Positions 36,974 through 46,597 of a stretch of DNA of 64,000 bases are shown here, one piece after another. Position numbers and translations under genes: made by a program. The DNA is taken from positions 1-64,000 of the IMG/VR virus record IMGVR_UViG_3300028887_000067; one strand, written 5' to 3'. The notes under the pieces are model-generated. The model made no database searches. It was not told the DNA's origin and saw only the letters and a list, made by a program, of their open reading frames with translations. Every line of letters begins with the position of its first letter. Positions within the stretch are counted from its first letter, which is position 1. The DNA comes from a virus (lineage: Duplodnaviria; Caudoviricetes).

Positions 36974-39532
36974 CTACTCCGTAAGAAGGACGCTATCGAC
37001 GGAAACCATGAGCTCTATCTGATCGGTCGGGATGGTTATCTGCACGATCTCGTTATCGTTGGAATATTTCGTGATGTTGCCGTTCTCGTCGATCAGATTC
37101 CGGGCCACGTAATACTTCAGCGCGTTGCGCACCAGCTTGATGTATTCCAGCGCGTACTCAATGTAGTCGTGCAACGAATTTCCGCCTACCTCGGCCATAT
37201 CCTTGATGAAGTCCGTATCCTTGAAAGTGAGCGAGTCGAATCCCTTGTCCCATCCCTTCACAGCCTGTATCACGCGGTACAGCGTATCGGCCATCGTAGA
37301 ACCGTTCGACTGCTGGGCGATAAGTTCCGAATTGATCGCTTGGTACACAACGGTCATTACCTGTTCCCATATGTAGGCGACGAACTTGTCGATGTCCCTG
37401 TCGGAAATCGGCTCGGTTGCGCCCACGGAAAGCTTCGGACGAACTACGAACTGGTAGTAGTCAGATATGCGAGACTGCAGGCCAGCAAGCGAACCCACGG
37501 TAAACGTAGACTCCCTGACGTGGTTCTCATTCGACGCGTAGAATCTCAACGTAAAGTCAAACCCATCAAGAGCGATATTGCCGGGAACAATGTATTCGTA
37601 TGTCATCGGGCCGAGCAGCTTGAGCTCAGTAAGATCAAGTTCGGCATACCGGTCGTTGACCGGAGAGAACGTCACGTCGACACCGGCCACCTCGGTAAGC
37701 CCATGCACTATGGACTCAATTCTCGAGCGGTATACAGGTGTTGCGAAATCGGTGTTCTCCAGCAAATACTTGTAAACGGCGTTCTTGATGCGTTCCTTTA
37801 CGTCGGTGAAGTTGTTTCCGCGATACAAAGTGACCTTCATATGGGCCTCCATATCGTGAACAGATGGGTATACATAGTTGTGGAAACCACCCCCGACAGT
37901 AATCATACCGCGCTGGTTGAGCGCCGACATCACGGAATAAAGCTCGGAGCCGTCCTCGACGAAGTCCATCGGGGAAAGCATCGCGGAAAACACCTTGTAA
38001 TCGAGCGGATAAGTCGGCTGTACCTGTGAAAGGACTTGCTGCTTCTGCTCCTCGGTAAGGCCCGCAGAGTCAAGAGCCGACCGAACACGTTCGTAAATTG
38101 CGACATGCCCCTCGTCGAGCCCGTTCTTTTCGAGATCGCTGTAGTCGTACTGCCAAGTATACATGAGCCCGTTAACCTTGTACCCATCGAGGAAGTACTC
38201 ATCAGCAGTAGTCGGATAGAAAGTATTATCCTTCTGTCTGTAAAGGCTCTTCAGTGCGCTGAAGCGCACCTGGTTCATATACTTCACGTCAATTCCACCG
38301 TTATCCAGCTTCGTATTGAGAATGTCCTCGCCGTATGCGGTGGCATACTTCACGTCGGCATACCTGCGGAGGAATACCTTGTAGCTCATCCGGTTGACGA
38401 GCCGGTCGAGAGAGCTAAACAGGGCAGGAGCATTCGCCTTTATCGACTCGATACTCTCGATGTCGAGCCCGTTACGGACGTCCGTCGTAATGGCTATGTT
38501 GAGGTCGTTCACCGTGATGTCGCTCTCGGTGCCGTCGTCCTGGCAGATAACAATGCGGCTCGCGTTCGTGGAGAGCGTGGTACCGGCAACATTGAGCAGA
38601 TTTCCCGTCTCTCCCGTGGTGGAGAAGTAAGTAACATTGATGACGCCGTACGGGATCGCTGCCTTCAATCCGTCACCGAACCGAAGCTGAACATTTCCGT
38701 CGTTGGCAGTGGAAAGCTCCACCGTATAGTTGTCGCTGTAGTTGTCCTGACCAGACACAAACTGGTCAATATCGTTCAGTATGTTCTCCTTGGACGGGTC
38801 GATAAGCCCGCGTCTGGATATGCGCCAGTAAAGCTTGTCGTCGACCACGACGCTGGGGTCGATGTTGTCCATCAGGGTCGCGTCGGACGTGACCCTCGTG
38901 AACGCGGCCGAACGATGAGCCACGTTACCATCGTCATCGAAGTTGGGGTCGTTGTCACCGTAGTAGTCGCTAAAGGAAAGGTCGTGTATGATGAATGTCT
39001 GGTTCTGCGTACCGGTGGAAATCAACGACTCGGTCTTGAAACGTCCCTCAGCAAGGACCGCCTTGCCCGACACGAGCTTCATCAAGCCGGTCTGTTCGGT
39101 GTCCGCGTTGCGGTCGTAACGGAACTCCATGTTGTCCATCGCAGTCAGCGTGGTGCTGCCCATAGTGAACTCGGTGCCCATCGGGATACGGACGCGAATA
39201 GTGTTGAACTTTCCCGTCTTCGTCGTCTGGATGCCGATTCCCGCCTTGGCCGGGACTGGACGTCTCACGCTGTAACCAAGCATCCTCGCGTTCGCGTATA
39301 CGGACGGGAGCGAGTTCGCCGATTCCATGAAGGCGTTCTTGAACGAGGATTCCGCGTAATACGCCATGAGGTCGGCCGTACCTGCGAACAGGTCGGACAT
39401 GAGCCGCCCATAGGAGCTTTCCGAGAAGTCCGCAAGATTTCCCCCCTTGGCCTTCATGATGGTGGCCAGGTGCTCGCGTATCGCCTCGAACGAGATGTTC
39501 GTATACTTCCTCGATATGGATGTATTCGCCAT
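36974..39532 (-). CDS. gp6: Baseplate wedge subunit, T4 gp6-like
   Basis: YTNISFEAIRE, DFSESSYG, ARMLGYSV, LRFGDG, GLDIESIESIKANAP, DRLVNRMSY. Confidence 0.88.
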   Translation of the reverse strand: MANTSISRKYTNISFEAIREHLATIMKAKGGNLADFSESSYGRLMSDLFAGTADLMAYYAESSFKNAFMESANSLPSVYANARMLGYSVRRPVPAKAGIGIQTTKTGKFNTIRVRIPMGTEFTMGSTTLTAMDNMEFRYDRNADTEQTGLMKLVSGKAVLAEGRFKTESLISTGTQNQTFIIHDLSFSDYYGDNDPNFDDDGNVAHRSAAFTRVTSDATLMDNIDPSVVVDDKLYWRISRRGLIDPSKENILNDIDQFVSGQDNYSDNYTVELSTANDGNVQLRFGDGLKAAIPYGVINVTYFSTTGETGNLLNVAGTTLSTNASRIVICQDDGTESDITVNDLNIAITTDVRNGLDIESIESIKANAPALFSSLDRLVNRMSYKVFLRRYADVKYATAYGEDILNTKLDNGGIDVKYMNQVRFSALKSLYRQKDNTFYPTTADEYFLDGYKVNGLMYTWQYDYSDLEKNGLDEGHVAIYERVRSALDSAGLTEEQKQQVLSQVQPTYPLDYKVFSAMLSPMDFVEDGSELYSVMSALNQRGMITVGGGFHNYVYPSVHDMEAHMKVTLYRGNNFTDVKERIKNAVYKYLLENTDFATPVYRSRIESIVHGLTEVAGVDVTFSPVNDRYAELDLTELKLLGPMTYEYIVPGNIALDGFDFTLRFYASNENHVRESTFTVGSLAGLQSRISDYYQFVVRPKLSVGATEPISDRDIDKFVAYIWEQVMTVVYQAINSELIAQQSNGSTMADTLYRVIQAVKGWDKGFDSLTFKDTDFIKDMAEVGGNSLHDYIEYALEYIKLVRNALKYYVARNLIDENGNITKYSNDNEIVQITIPTDQIELMVSVDSVLLTE

Positions 39533-39559
39533 GTTTCAACCTTCAATCAATCATTCCGC

Positions 39560-39566
39560 AGTTTAT
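39560..39566 (-). promoter_or_regulatory. Late promoter box ATAAACT (divergent pair)
   Basis: Upstream of gp6. Confidence 0.7.
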
Positions 39567-39592
39567 ACGATTTTGGCCCCCCGCCCCGGCTT

Positions 39593-39599
39593 ATAAACT
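39593..39599 (+). promoter_or_regulatory. Late promoter box ATAAACT (divergent pair)
   Basis: Upstream of ATG 39617. Confidence 0.7.
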
Positions 39600-39616
39600 A
39601 CATCAGAGGTCAAACA

Positions 39617-40630
39617 ATGCCAGAGTTCGTATTACATCTTTCCGGAAACTGCCGAGCCACGACGGCCATCGTGCCGAATTTCAGCGTACTCGCGTCGGTC
39701 TCCCCCCACATGTGGAACGACCGGACGGGCGGACAGGTGGAACGCTCCGAAAAGATGCAGATCAACAACCCCGACTTCCAGCACGACTCTCGCCTCGGCC
39801 TCGTCTTCTACAACAGGCGCCACAACGCTTTCCGCGACCAGGAAAGATACAACGTCATGAGCAGGGCCTTCGTCAGCCGGCAGGGCACCTTCTACAAGTA
39901 TTACACCACCTCGTTGAACGTAGCAGGAAATTCCCTCTTCCACGAAGATTCCAATAGGCAGGTGGAACGCGTATTCGACTTGCCCGTGATAATGGGATTC
40001 AACCCGCAGAACGAACTGTATTCCCGTTTCGGCATCCAGTACACGACCAAGCAGGAAATCTACGTCCACATGAGCCTGTTCCTTGAACTCAACTACAGGA
40101 ATCTCCGCGAACAGGGCGTAAAGCCGGCCTGCGACCCGTCGGAACACAATCCGGTGTGGTACCAGCGCGGCTACGAGGACTTCAGGTACTACGGCTACAC
40201 CGCCGCACAAATCTTCCCGAAGGCGGGGGACCTGCTGAAGCTCGAGTTCAACAATGTCCTGTACCAGGTGGACACCGTCGTCGACGAGCTGCCCGAATTC
40301 CAGTACAAGTGGCGCAAATACTGGTGGAAACTCTATCTAGACACGGCAATGGACAACGGAAAGAAAGTCAGCGATGAAGTGCTCAACGCACCAGACCAGG
40401 AAAACTTCATCAACAAGCTGTTCGGACGCAACGTACTCGGCAAGTCAACCGACCCCGAGGCCCCAAACTCGAACAAGGCACAGGGAAGCAACATATTCAA
40501 CGTGGCCTCGACAGTGGACGAACTGAAAAAGGACGTCCTGTTCAGACCTCCCGAAGTGGACAAGTGCGTAAAGGATATGACAAACGACCCCGCCTACTAC
40601 GCCTGCGGTTCCCTACTTGGACAATGGTAA
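39617..40630 (+). CDS. gp14: Neck / head-closure protein, T4 gp14-like (337 aa, start MPEFVL)
   Basis: LFHED, YSRFGIQ and PKAGDLL...LYQV motifs; GAGGT RBS. Confidence 0.78.
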   Translation: MPEFVLHLSGNCRATTAIVPNFSVLASVSPHMWNDRTGGQVERSEKMQINNPDFQHDSRLGLVFYNRRHNAFRDQERYNVMSRAFVSRQGTFYKYYTTSLNVAGNSLFHEDSNRQVERVFDLPVIMGFNPQNELYSRFGIQYTTKQEIYVHMSLFLELNYRNLREQGVKPACDPSEHNPVWYQRGYEDFRYYGYTAAQIFPKAGDLLKLEFNNVLYQVDTVVDELPEFQYKWRKYWWKLYLDTAMDNGKKVSDEVLNAPDQENFINKLFGRNVLGKSTDPEAPNSNKAQGSNIFNVASTVDELKKDVLFRPPEVDKCVKDMTNDPAYYACGSLLGQW

Positions 40631-40632
40631 AC

Positions 40633-40661
40633 AAAAAAGGTTGCCTTTGGGCAACCTTTTT
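40633..40661. terminator. Bidirectional terminator
   Basis: AAAAAAGGTTGCC-TTTG-GGCAACCTTTTT between convergent genes. Confidence 0.88.
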
Positions 40662-40678
40662 CGCAGCGTCGGGATCCG

Positions 40679-42592
40679 CTATTCTTCTTCCATAAAATTG
40701 GTAAGCTTGTTTTTCGACACGTAGCAATTGTTGGACATGCTGTTACGCTCATTAACGCGCTGGATAGCGGCACGAAGCTTTTCCGGAGTGCATACTTCGA
40801 CCGGCGATGCCTCCTTATCCAATGGTATTTCGTTAACGTCGGCGTCAGTTTCGTCGGCCTCCGTGTCTTCATCGGCACCGCTGTAAATCACGATATCGGT
40901 GAAGATGTTCGTGATGTCGGCGGCCGTGATATGCGACTCGATGGCAAACTTGATCACGTCGTCGTACTTCGGGTCATCGAAATTGGTCGGATTTTCCTTG
41001 TTTACGATGGCGTCGTTGTACTTGAAGAGGTAACGCATCGTGTTCTCGGTCGGAAGGCCAATCTCGAACATCTCGTCGATACGTCCGCTACGACGCATAA
41101 TTCTCTGGTTGACCTTGGTCGGGTCGTTAATCGTGGCGAAGAAAATGTAGGACACCTGGTCATTCTTCGCGGCCTGATTGAGCTTGTCAAAGAAATTCAG
41201 GTAGGAGATCACATTGTCGTTCTTCTCGTTCAGGTTGTAAGAATCCATGTCGTCAAGAATGATGATGCACTTCTTGATTGCCTTGATGTAGCGAAGCATC
41301 GACTCAGTCTCGTCCTTGTCGCAGATGACGTCCGCAGTAATCTTGAATGTACACACGTCGGGGAACGCATTAGAAATTTGCTGTGCGCCGATGGTCTTAC
41401 CGGTACCCGGCTGGCCGACCAGCGCGTAGCTTCGTGACAGGCCACGGTTGAACGCGACACGGATGGCCTTGATAATCTTCGGGATTGTCTCAGTAACCGA
41501 TTCCTGCGGGATGGCGACGGGGCGAAGCATTTCCTTTAGATTGCCGTCATCAAACGTGTAAAGGTACATAGACGGGTCGATACTCAACGCGAACATCATC
41601 TCCACAAAAAGCTCGATGTTCTTGTGGAACACGGCGTACTCGTTCTTGGAAATCACCTGACGGCGGTTGACAGGAGACCAGAACAGCTTGATAGTGGAGG
41701 TCGGGACATAGATGGTCCCCTCGCCGGTTTCGCCTTCGCGGACGCGGACAAGCTGGGTAGCGTATACTTCCACGTCGTCGAAACGGAACACGAACACGGC
41801 ATTGATGACGGGACTGCGCTTGTTGACGTCGGCCTCGCCCTCGACATGGCGATACTGATCGCTTCGTTCGTCGAACACGTACTGCACCGTGGTATCGGTA
41901 GCCTCGTCCTTCTTATCGGTCTGGGCGGTGACCATACGCTTGCACTCGATTACATTGGTCTTGACCGGCGTAATCACGTGTTCGGTCTGGTCAATCGGGG
42001 AGAACCACTTCATCGGTTCCTTGGAGTTCATCATTCTAATGAACGCGAGGTTGCTGGACGGAGTAATATTGATGGATCGAGAGTTTTCGCCGTTATGATT
42101 CTTGCTGACCTCGCGGAACTCGTCAAGGCTCATATGGAGGAAGGAAGGTTCCGACGTGGACACCATAACATAGAGCTGGTCGAGAGTATTCCATTTGAAA
42201 TTTATTCGTGCGCACACCGTGTCGCCGATGGCGTACAATGCCATACAGTTCTGAAGAAAACCGGCAATCTTGGAAACCGACTTGGCGCCGCTATGCTTGG
42301 CGATAAGGTTCGTCATTGAGCAGGCCAACATAGCGACCTTGGTATTGTCGGTATTCTTGTAGGCCTTCACGACTTCCTTCAGCGCGGCGAACTTGCTCTT
42401 GCCGATGACGCTGCTCGGAATGTCTATGGTCGGCAAGGAGCCAATCATATCCTCAATCGTCTTGGTAAGCTCCTTGAAAGTGTCAATCGAGTCAAGGTCG
42501 TCGCCCTTGATTCCGGAAATCTTCTTGACCCAGTCGGAAACACGGCCCAAATCGAAATTGTTCATGATAATGGATGGAAGTTTATTGTTCAT
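40679..42592 (-). CDS. AAA+ ATPase (637 aa, start MNNKLPS)
   Basis: Walker A GQPGTGKT, Walker B IIILDDMD, ATIN, arginine finger RRSGRID. Confidence 0.88.
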   Translation of the reverse strand: MNNKLPSIIMNNFDLGRVSDWVKKISGIKGDDLDSIDTFKELTKTIEDMIGSLPTIDIPSSVIGKSKFAALKEVVKAYKNTDNTKVAMLACSMTNLIAKHSGAKSVSKIAGFLQNCMALYAIGDTVCARINFKWNTLDQLYVMVSTSEPSFLHMSLDEFREVSKNHNGENSRSINITPSSNLAFIRMMNSKEPMKWFSPIDQTEHVITPVKTNVIECKRMVTAQTDKKDEATDTTVQYVFDERSDQYRHVEGEADVNKRSPVINAVFVFRFDDVEVYATQLVRVREGETGEGTIYVPTSTIKLFWSPVNRRQVISKNEYAVFHKNIELFVEMMFALSIDPSMYLYTFDDGNLKEMLRPVAIPQESVTETIPKIIKAIRVAFNRGLSRSYALVGQPGTGKTIGAQQISNAFPDVCTFKITADVICDKDETESMLRYIKAIKKCIIILDDMDSYNLNEKNDNVISYLNFFDKLNQAAKNDQVSYIFFATINDPTKVNQRIMRRSGRIDEMFEIGLPTENTMRYLFKYNDAIVNKENPTNFDDPKYDDVIKFAIESHITAADITNIFTDIVIYSGADEDTEADETDADVNEIPLDKEASPVEVCTPEKLRAAIQRVNERNSMSNNCYVSKNKLTNFMEEE

Positions 42593-42828
42593 TTTTGATC
42601 CCTTTTGTTTGCTGCAGTTATTGTAACATTTGCCGAATCTACGCATTGACGCAACTTCCGTTTGAACACGACCGAGCTGAAGTAATGGCACATTCGCCTA
42701 ACAATATCATCCGTTAGCATCTTGTAACGGATGTCGCAAATCGCCTGTCGCTCAACGACGGAGGCCATCTTCTCGGCCATCCGTATAGTCGCGTGTATAG
42801 CGCAAACTAGGTAAATTAAAGACTTCAT
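42589..42828 (-). CDS. Small protein (79 aa) coupled to the AAA ATPase
   Basis: TAATG and ATGA overlaps on either side. Confidence 0.6.
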   Translation of the reverse strand: MKSLIYLVCAIHATIRMAEKMASVVERQAICDIRYKMLTDDIVRRMCHYFSSVVFKRKLRQCVDSANVTITAANKRDQK

Positions 42829-43007
42829 TAGCCAGCGCTATCCACGGACATCATTGCCGAATGATCACGGGTAGCCATACGGCCAATCCGCTGGTCCTTG
42901 CCGGAGCCGAACGTCTTCTTCATCGAGTTCACGAGCTTGTAGACCATCTGGACAATAATTCCCACATAGACCACGTACTGAAGTTTTTCCAAAATCTTGA
43001 TAAACAT
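42828..43007 (-). CDS. 59-aa protein with hydrophobic N-terminus (MFIKILEKLQYVVYVGIIVQMVYKL...)
   Basis: GGCGGAG RBS; stop overlaps the next ATG. Confidence 0.6.
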   Translation of the reverse strand: MFIKILEKLQYVVYVGIIVQMVYKLVNSMKKTFGSGKDQRIGRMATRDHSAMMSVDSAG

Positions 43008-43097
43008 AAAATCTCCGCCTTGGTTAAGACGGAGAAAAAATAGATGAGGTAAATTTGAAGCTCAAGCCGATTAGGCCTAAGTTATGTAAAAAGATAT

Positions 43098-44099
43098 TTA
43101 CAGGAACCAGCCAAACGAATTAGAGCGCTCTTCAGAGCGTTTGTCGTTGTATCTATCAAAATTCTGCAAATTCGGGTCACCCGGATGCGCACGGCGCTCA
43201 TTGTAGAAATCATCTGCTATCTCGTGGTCGCCCAGCCGCATACGGGTAGGTACGTACGCATAACCAATCGTACGCGTTTCCGTTTGGTCTATGCCATGCG
43301 GATCGCTTCTGTGATCAAGCACTTTAGTGAAGTTCAGCTTAGTCATCAAACTATCAATCATATCGACATCGGTATCATCTGGCCCGGTTGCGTTCGACGC
43401 CACAACTGTCGTAAACACAAATCCTTCATCGCCATCACGGACATCCATGCTATGATATGCGTTCCAGCCCATATTCTGAGCAAAAGTCTCAATCTTCTTG
43501 ACGAGTTCCTCCGGAATTAGCTTACGGTTCTTTTCGGCGGCGTATGAAGTTCGGTTATAACGTTCGGTACGATTTTCCGCACGCTCAGCCGGTTTCATAT
43601 TCCACTCGGGGTCATTTTCCACGGACGCGCCGGCAACCCTTGTTTTATCCAGCTTGAACGCGTGAACGTCGTAATACTTTCGCCGTGCATCATCGACATA
43701 GAACGCAACCACGTACATCGTTGGCGTATCGGCAAGCACTATCTTATCGGTCTCGTCTTTATAATAATCTTTTTTAGACTTTAGCCAAGCCACGGATTCT
43801 CTGCGGTCACCATCGCCGTCCTTGCTCCATAGCTTGATATCACCACTTTCCAGCCTTTGTGCGATATCAGACAACGTGATTTCGTTCGGATTTTTAAGCT
43901 GGTCCACCGGAACATTAAACAGTTTGTATTTCATCTCATATGAATCGGCCTCGTTGCGCAGCAAGTCGCCGGTATTGCTAAATGCGGCTTCCAAGTACAG
44001 GCTAAATCCCTCCTTGAGCGAGGGAAGCACCTCCTTGCAGCCGAGCTTTTCGCAAACGCCTTCCATGAAGGCAACATATTCCTGTGCATTCTTTTCCAT
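43098..44099 (-). CDS. Late protein with conserved N-terminal leader; putative internal head protein (333 aa)
   Basis: Leader FMEGVCEKLGCKEVLPSLKEGFSLYLEA is homologous to that of 8385..9113. Confidence 0.75.
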   Translation of the reverse strand: MEKNAQEYVAFMEGVCEKLGCKEVLPSLKEGFSLYLEAAFSNTGDLLRNEADSYEMKYKLFNVPVDQLKNPNEITLSDIAQRLESGDIKLWSKDGDGDRRESVAWLKSKKDYYKDETDKIVLADTPTMYVVAFYVDDARRKYYDVHAFKLDKTRVAGASVENDPEWNMKPAERAENRTERYNRTSYAAEKNRKLIPEELVKKIETFAQNMGWNAYHSMDVRDGDEGFVFTTVVASNATGPDDTDVDMIDSLMTKLNFTKVLDHRSDPHGIDQTETRTIGYAYVPTRMRLGDHEIADDFYNERRAHPGDPNLQNFDRYNDKRSEERSNSFGWFL

Positions 44100-44109
44100 A
44101 GGAAACTCC

Positions 44110-44859
44110 TTAACTTAAATCTGTCATCATCATCGGCTGAGCGGACTGGGCCTTCAGTTCTTCCATCAATCGCTTCCACTCTTCGAGGCCGTCGTTGTAA
44201 ATCTGTTGCCCGTTCACCTTGCCGCCGCCCGGAAGAGGCATATCGTCCTTCTTCAAGATCCTACCGAGCTGAATTTCGGCACGGGCGAGCGCCATATCCT
44301 GGAATAGCGGGTTGGCGAACACCTCGTACTTCTTCGCCTTGACATAGACCGTGGCAATCGCCACGCGGTCGGACTTCGGCGTCGGATATACGCGGAGAAT
44401 GTGCTGTTGCGGGTGCAGCTTGATGTTGTACTGCGTACCCACCAGCTTCTTGACGTCCTGCAGGTAACGCAAGGCGCCGGAATAGGTAATAAGATCGAAC
44501 TGCCCGAGTCCGCCGAGTCCGGCTCCGCCCACGCCCATCAGGGACTCGCCCGGACCAACGTCCCATGCCATCATCGGGCTAAACGTGTTTCCGTATGACG
44601 GGGACACGTCTACCACCTCCATAACCTCGTCGGGCACCCTGTACTGGATGACGCCTTCCTTCAATCGCAAAACCATAGCGTCCTGGTAGGACGCCTCGTC
44701 CTGATTGATACGATAGAACCAGTTGAGGGTGTCGTTCACGGCCATGTGCAGGTGACCGAGGCCGTTACGTTCCTCGACGACCATCTCGATCTCGGTACAC
44801 GGGTAACCGAGCATCGCCTTGATCTTCTCAACCATGTCATCAGTCGTGATTATCTGCAT
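44110..44859 (-). CDS. gp13: Neck protein, T4 gp13-like
   Basis: IKAMLGYPCTEIEM N-terminus; LGRILKK..MPLPGGGKVNGQQIY C-terminus. Confidence 0.88.
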   Translation of the reverse strand: MQIITTDDMVEKIKAMLGYPCTEIEMVVEERNGLGHLHMAVNDTLNWFYRINQDEASYQDAMVLRLKEGVIQYRVPDEVMEVVDVSPSYGNTFSPMMAWDVGPGESLMGVGGAGLGGLGQFDLITYSGALRYLQDVKKLVGTQYNIKLHPQQHILRVYPTPKSDRVAIATVYVKAKKYEVFANPLFQDMALARAEIQLGRILKKDDMPLPGGGKVNGQQIYNDGLEEWKRLMEELKAQSAQPMMMTDLS

Positions 44860-44869
44860 ATTGCCTTAC

Positions 44870-45367
44870 CTACGCATTGAACTGCTGATACTTGTACAGT
44901 ATCGTCGTCATGGTCTCGTCGAAGTCAGCAAAAATGTTCTTGACCCCTTCCGAGAATTTCGGGTTCTTTTCGACCGCATTCTTCATATTGTCGTTGATGG
45001 ACTTCAGCAGGCCCACAACAGCCTTGTCGTCAAACTTGACCGACCTCGGCGTGTCGGGAAACTCCTTGTCACACGGCTTGCCTGTCAGGGACATGTACGT
45101 CTCGGCAAGCTTGTCGCCGGTGTCCCTGCAAAGGTCGTACGCCTCGTTGAGAAGGGTGTGCTTGTTCATCGTGTCGACATTCCAGTGAATCTTGTTGAGC
45201 ACGTTGGCCTCGACAAGAAGCCACAGGGCAAGTTCCTTCAGAGTCTCGTAGCCGTTGCCCTTGCCGTCGGCGGCCTCCAATTTCGGTGAAAACGCGGCTA
45301 TGACGCCGAGCGCCTTTTCCCCGCATACACGGAACACCGCTTCACAAAAAACCTTAAAAAACGACAT
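44870..45367 (-). CDS. Dps/ferritin-like protein with N-terminal leader
   Basis: IHWNV...H.LLNEAY...DKLAETY four-helix ferritin-like pattern; late box at 45393. Confidence 0.75.
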   Translation of the reverse strand: MSFFKVFCEAVFRVCGEKALGVIAAFSPKLEAADGKGNGYETLKELALWLLVEANVLNKIHWNVDTMNKHTLLNEAYDLCRDTGDKLAETYMSLTGKPCDKEFPDTPRSVKFDDKAVVGLLKSINDNMKNAVEKNPKFSEGVKNIFADFDETMTTILYKYQQFNA

Positions 45368-45392
45368 TCTGCCATCCGATCACTTTACAGGG

Positions 45393-45399
45393 AGTTTAT
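45393..45399 (-). promoter_or_regulatory. Late promoter box ATAAACT
   Basis: Upstream of ATG 45367. Confidence 0.7.
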
Positions 45400-45436
45400 A
45401 TCGTGCTATATTTAATGCAGAACAACGAGGTACCCA

Positions 45437-45835
45437 ATGGCCGAAGAACTCAATACCGAACCATCCACGCCAGTCCAGCAACCGACGCCCGACGCGCGAA
45501 CGCCTAACGAAGCCGACATCCAAGCCAAACGACACAGCGTCAGCAACTTCATCAAGAAGCTGGAAAAGCAGACCAACTCCAAGGAATATCAGGAATATAT
45601 CAAGAAGATGAACCGCGCAAAGCGCGACTTCAAAGAATTCATGGACCTCCCGAAGGATATCCGCTCCAAGATCCTATTCAAGATCCAGACGCAAATCATC
45701 TCCCACGAAGTCGAGGTAAATCCCGACTCGCCGTACAACTGGCGGCGCATCGAAACAGAGGAAAGGATGCGCGAGAACGAGGACCGGATGCGCAAGGTCG
45801 CGGGAGAGCTAGGCCTCGGAGTGCGCTCCGAATGA
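45437..45835 (+). CDS. Hypothetical protein (132 aa)
   Basis: GAGGT RBS; GCTATATTT at 45405-45413. Confidence 0.75.
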   Translation: MAEELNTEPSTPVQQPTPDARTPNEADIQAKRHSVSNFIKKLEKQTNSKEYQEYIKKMNRAKRDFKEFMDLPKDIRSKILFKIQTQIISHEVEVNPDSPYNWRRIETEERMRENEDRMRKVAGELGLGVRSE

Positions 45836-45867
45836 AATTCCACATAATAAGGTGATCTCCAATATTC

Positions 45868-45895
45868 AAAAGGCCCGCCGAACGGCGGGCCTTTT
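45868..45895. terminator. Bidirectional terminator
   Basis: AAAAGGCCCGCCG-AA-CGGCGGGCCTTTT. Confidence 0.88.
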
Positions 45896-45901
45896 CAGTA
45901 C

Positions 45902-46495
45902 CTAGTGTGGCCACTTGAAATGGCTGGGGTACGAGTCGACAACTCCCCTCAGCGCGGTATGGAAGTGGAACGGCGTCCACTGCGTGATGAAGTTGGACTT
46001 CACCGGCTTGCCGTCAGGCGGCGTAGCTATCGTAATATGCGGCACCGCGTTCGTGGTCTTAAAGTTTCCCGTCACGCCGACCGCTATGGCATCACCCGAC
46101 ACGCCGACCGACACGACCTCTATCGAGGCAGTCTTGCCCAAGTTGTTCACGATGTAGTCCTCGACCTCAGGATATGTCCGCCTCGGGTCACCGAAGGCAA
46201 GCGTGACGTGATGCGTGTAAATCTTCCAGTCGTCGGGAATCCCGCCCCTGAGCACGTCCAGCAGCGCGTTTCGGGAGGCCTCGTCAAGAAAGATGCCGAA
46301 GTACACCGGCTTGGTGCCGTCGCCGAGGTCCATCAAGTTGCGTCTGTAATACTCGCGCCTGAACTCCTCGCCCCATTCCTTAGACCACTCAACCATCCGG
46401 CGCTCGCCAAGATCGTAACCGGCCTTCATGGACTGAATATACTTGTCGCGAAGCATCTCTTCCATCTGCTCCGCCATCATAGCCTTCATGTCCAT
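45902..46495 (-). CDS. 2H phosphoesterase (cyclic phosphodiesterase-like) with N-terminal helical domain
   Basis: Two HxT motifs, HHVTL and PHITI, plus KPVKSN; AGGAGG RBS. Confidence 0.8.
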   Translation of the reverse strand: MDMKAMMAEQMEEMLRDKYIQSMKAGYDLGERRMVEWSKEWGEEFRREYYRRNLMDLGDGTKPVYFGIFLDEASRNALLDVLRGGIPDDWKIYTHHVTLAFGDPRRTYPEVEDYIVNNLGKTASIEVVSVGVSGDAIAVGVTGNFKTTNAVPHITIATPPDGKPVKSNFITQWTPFHFHTALRGVVDSYPSHFKWPH

Positions 46496-46515
46496 AGGTT
46501 ACCTCCTAGCTCGAT

Positions 46516-46528
46516 AAATATAGTTTAT
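46516..46528 (-). promoter_or_regulatory. Overlapping ATAAACT and ACTATATTT boxes
   Basis: Minus strand ATAAACTATATTT. Confidence 0.6.
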
Positions 46529-46550
46529 GGATTTTTGTACGACCATAAAC

Positions 46551-46577
46551 AAAAAACCTACTGGTTTTCCAGTAGGT
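46551..46577 (-). terminator. Terminator
   Basis: Minus strand ACCTACTGG-AAAA-CCAGTAGGT-TTTTT. Confidence 0.85.
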
Positions 46578-46597
46578 AATAAGTTGTATTAAATAGA

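Noticed and set aside
38036-39616. Apparent 527-aa N-terminal extension of gp14 in the ORF track
   Set aside because: Antisense to gp6; the late box and RBS place the true start at 39617
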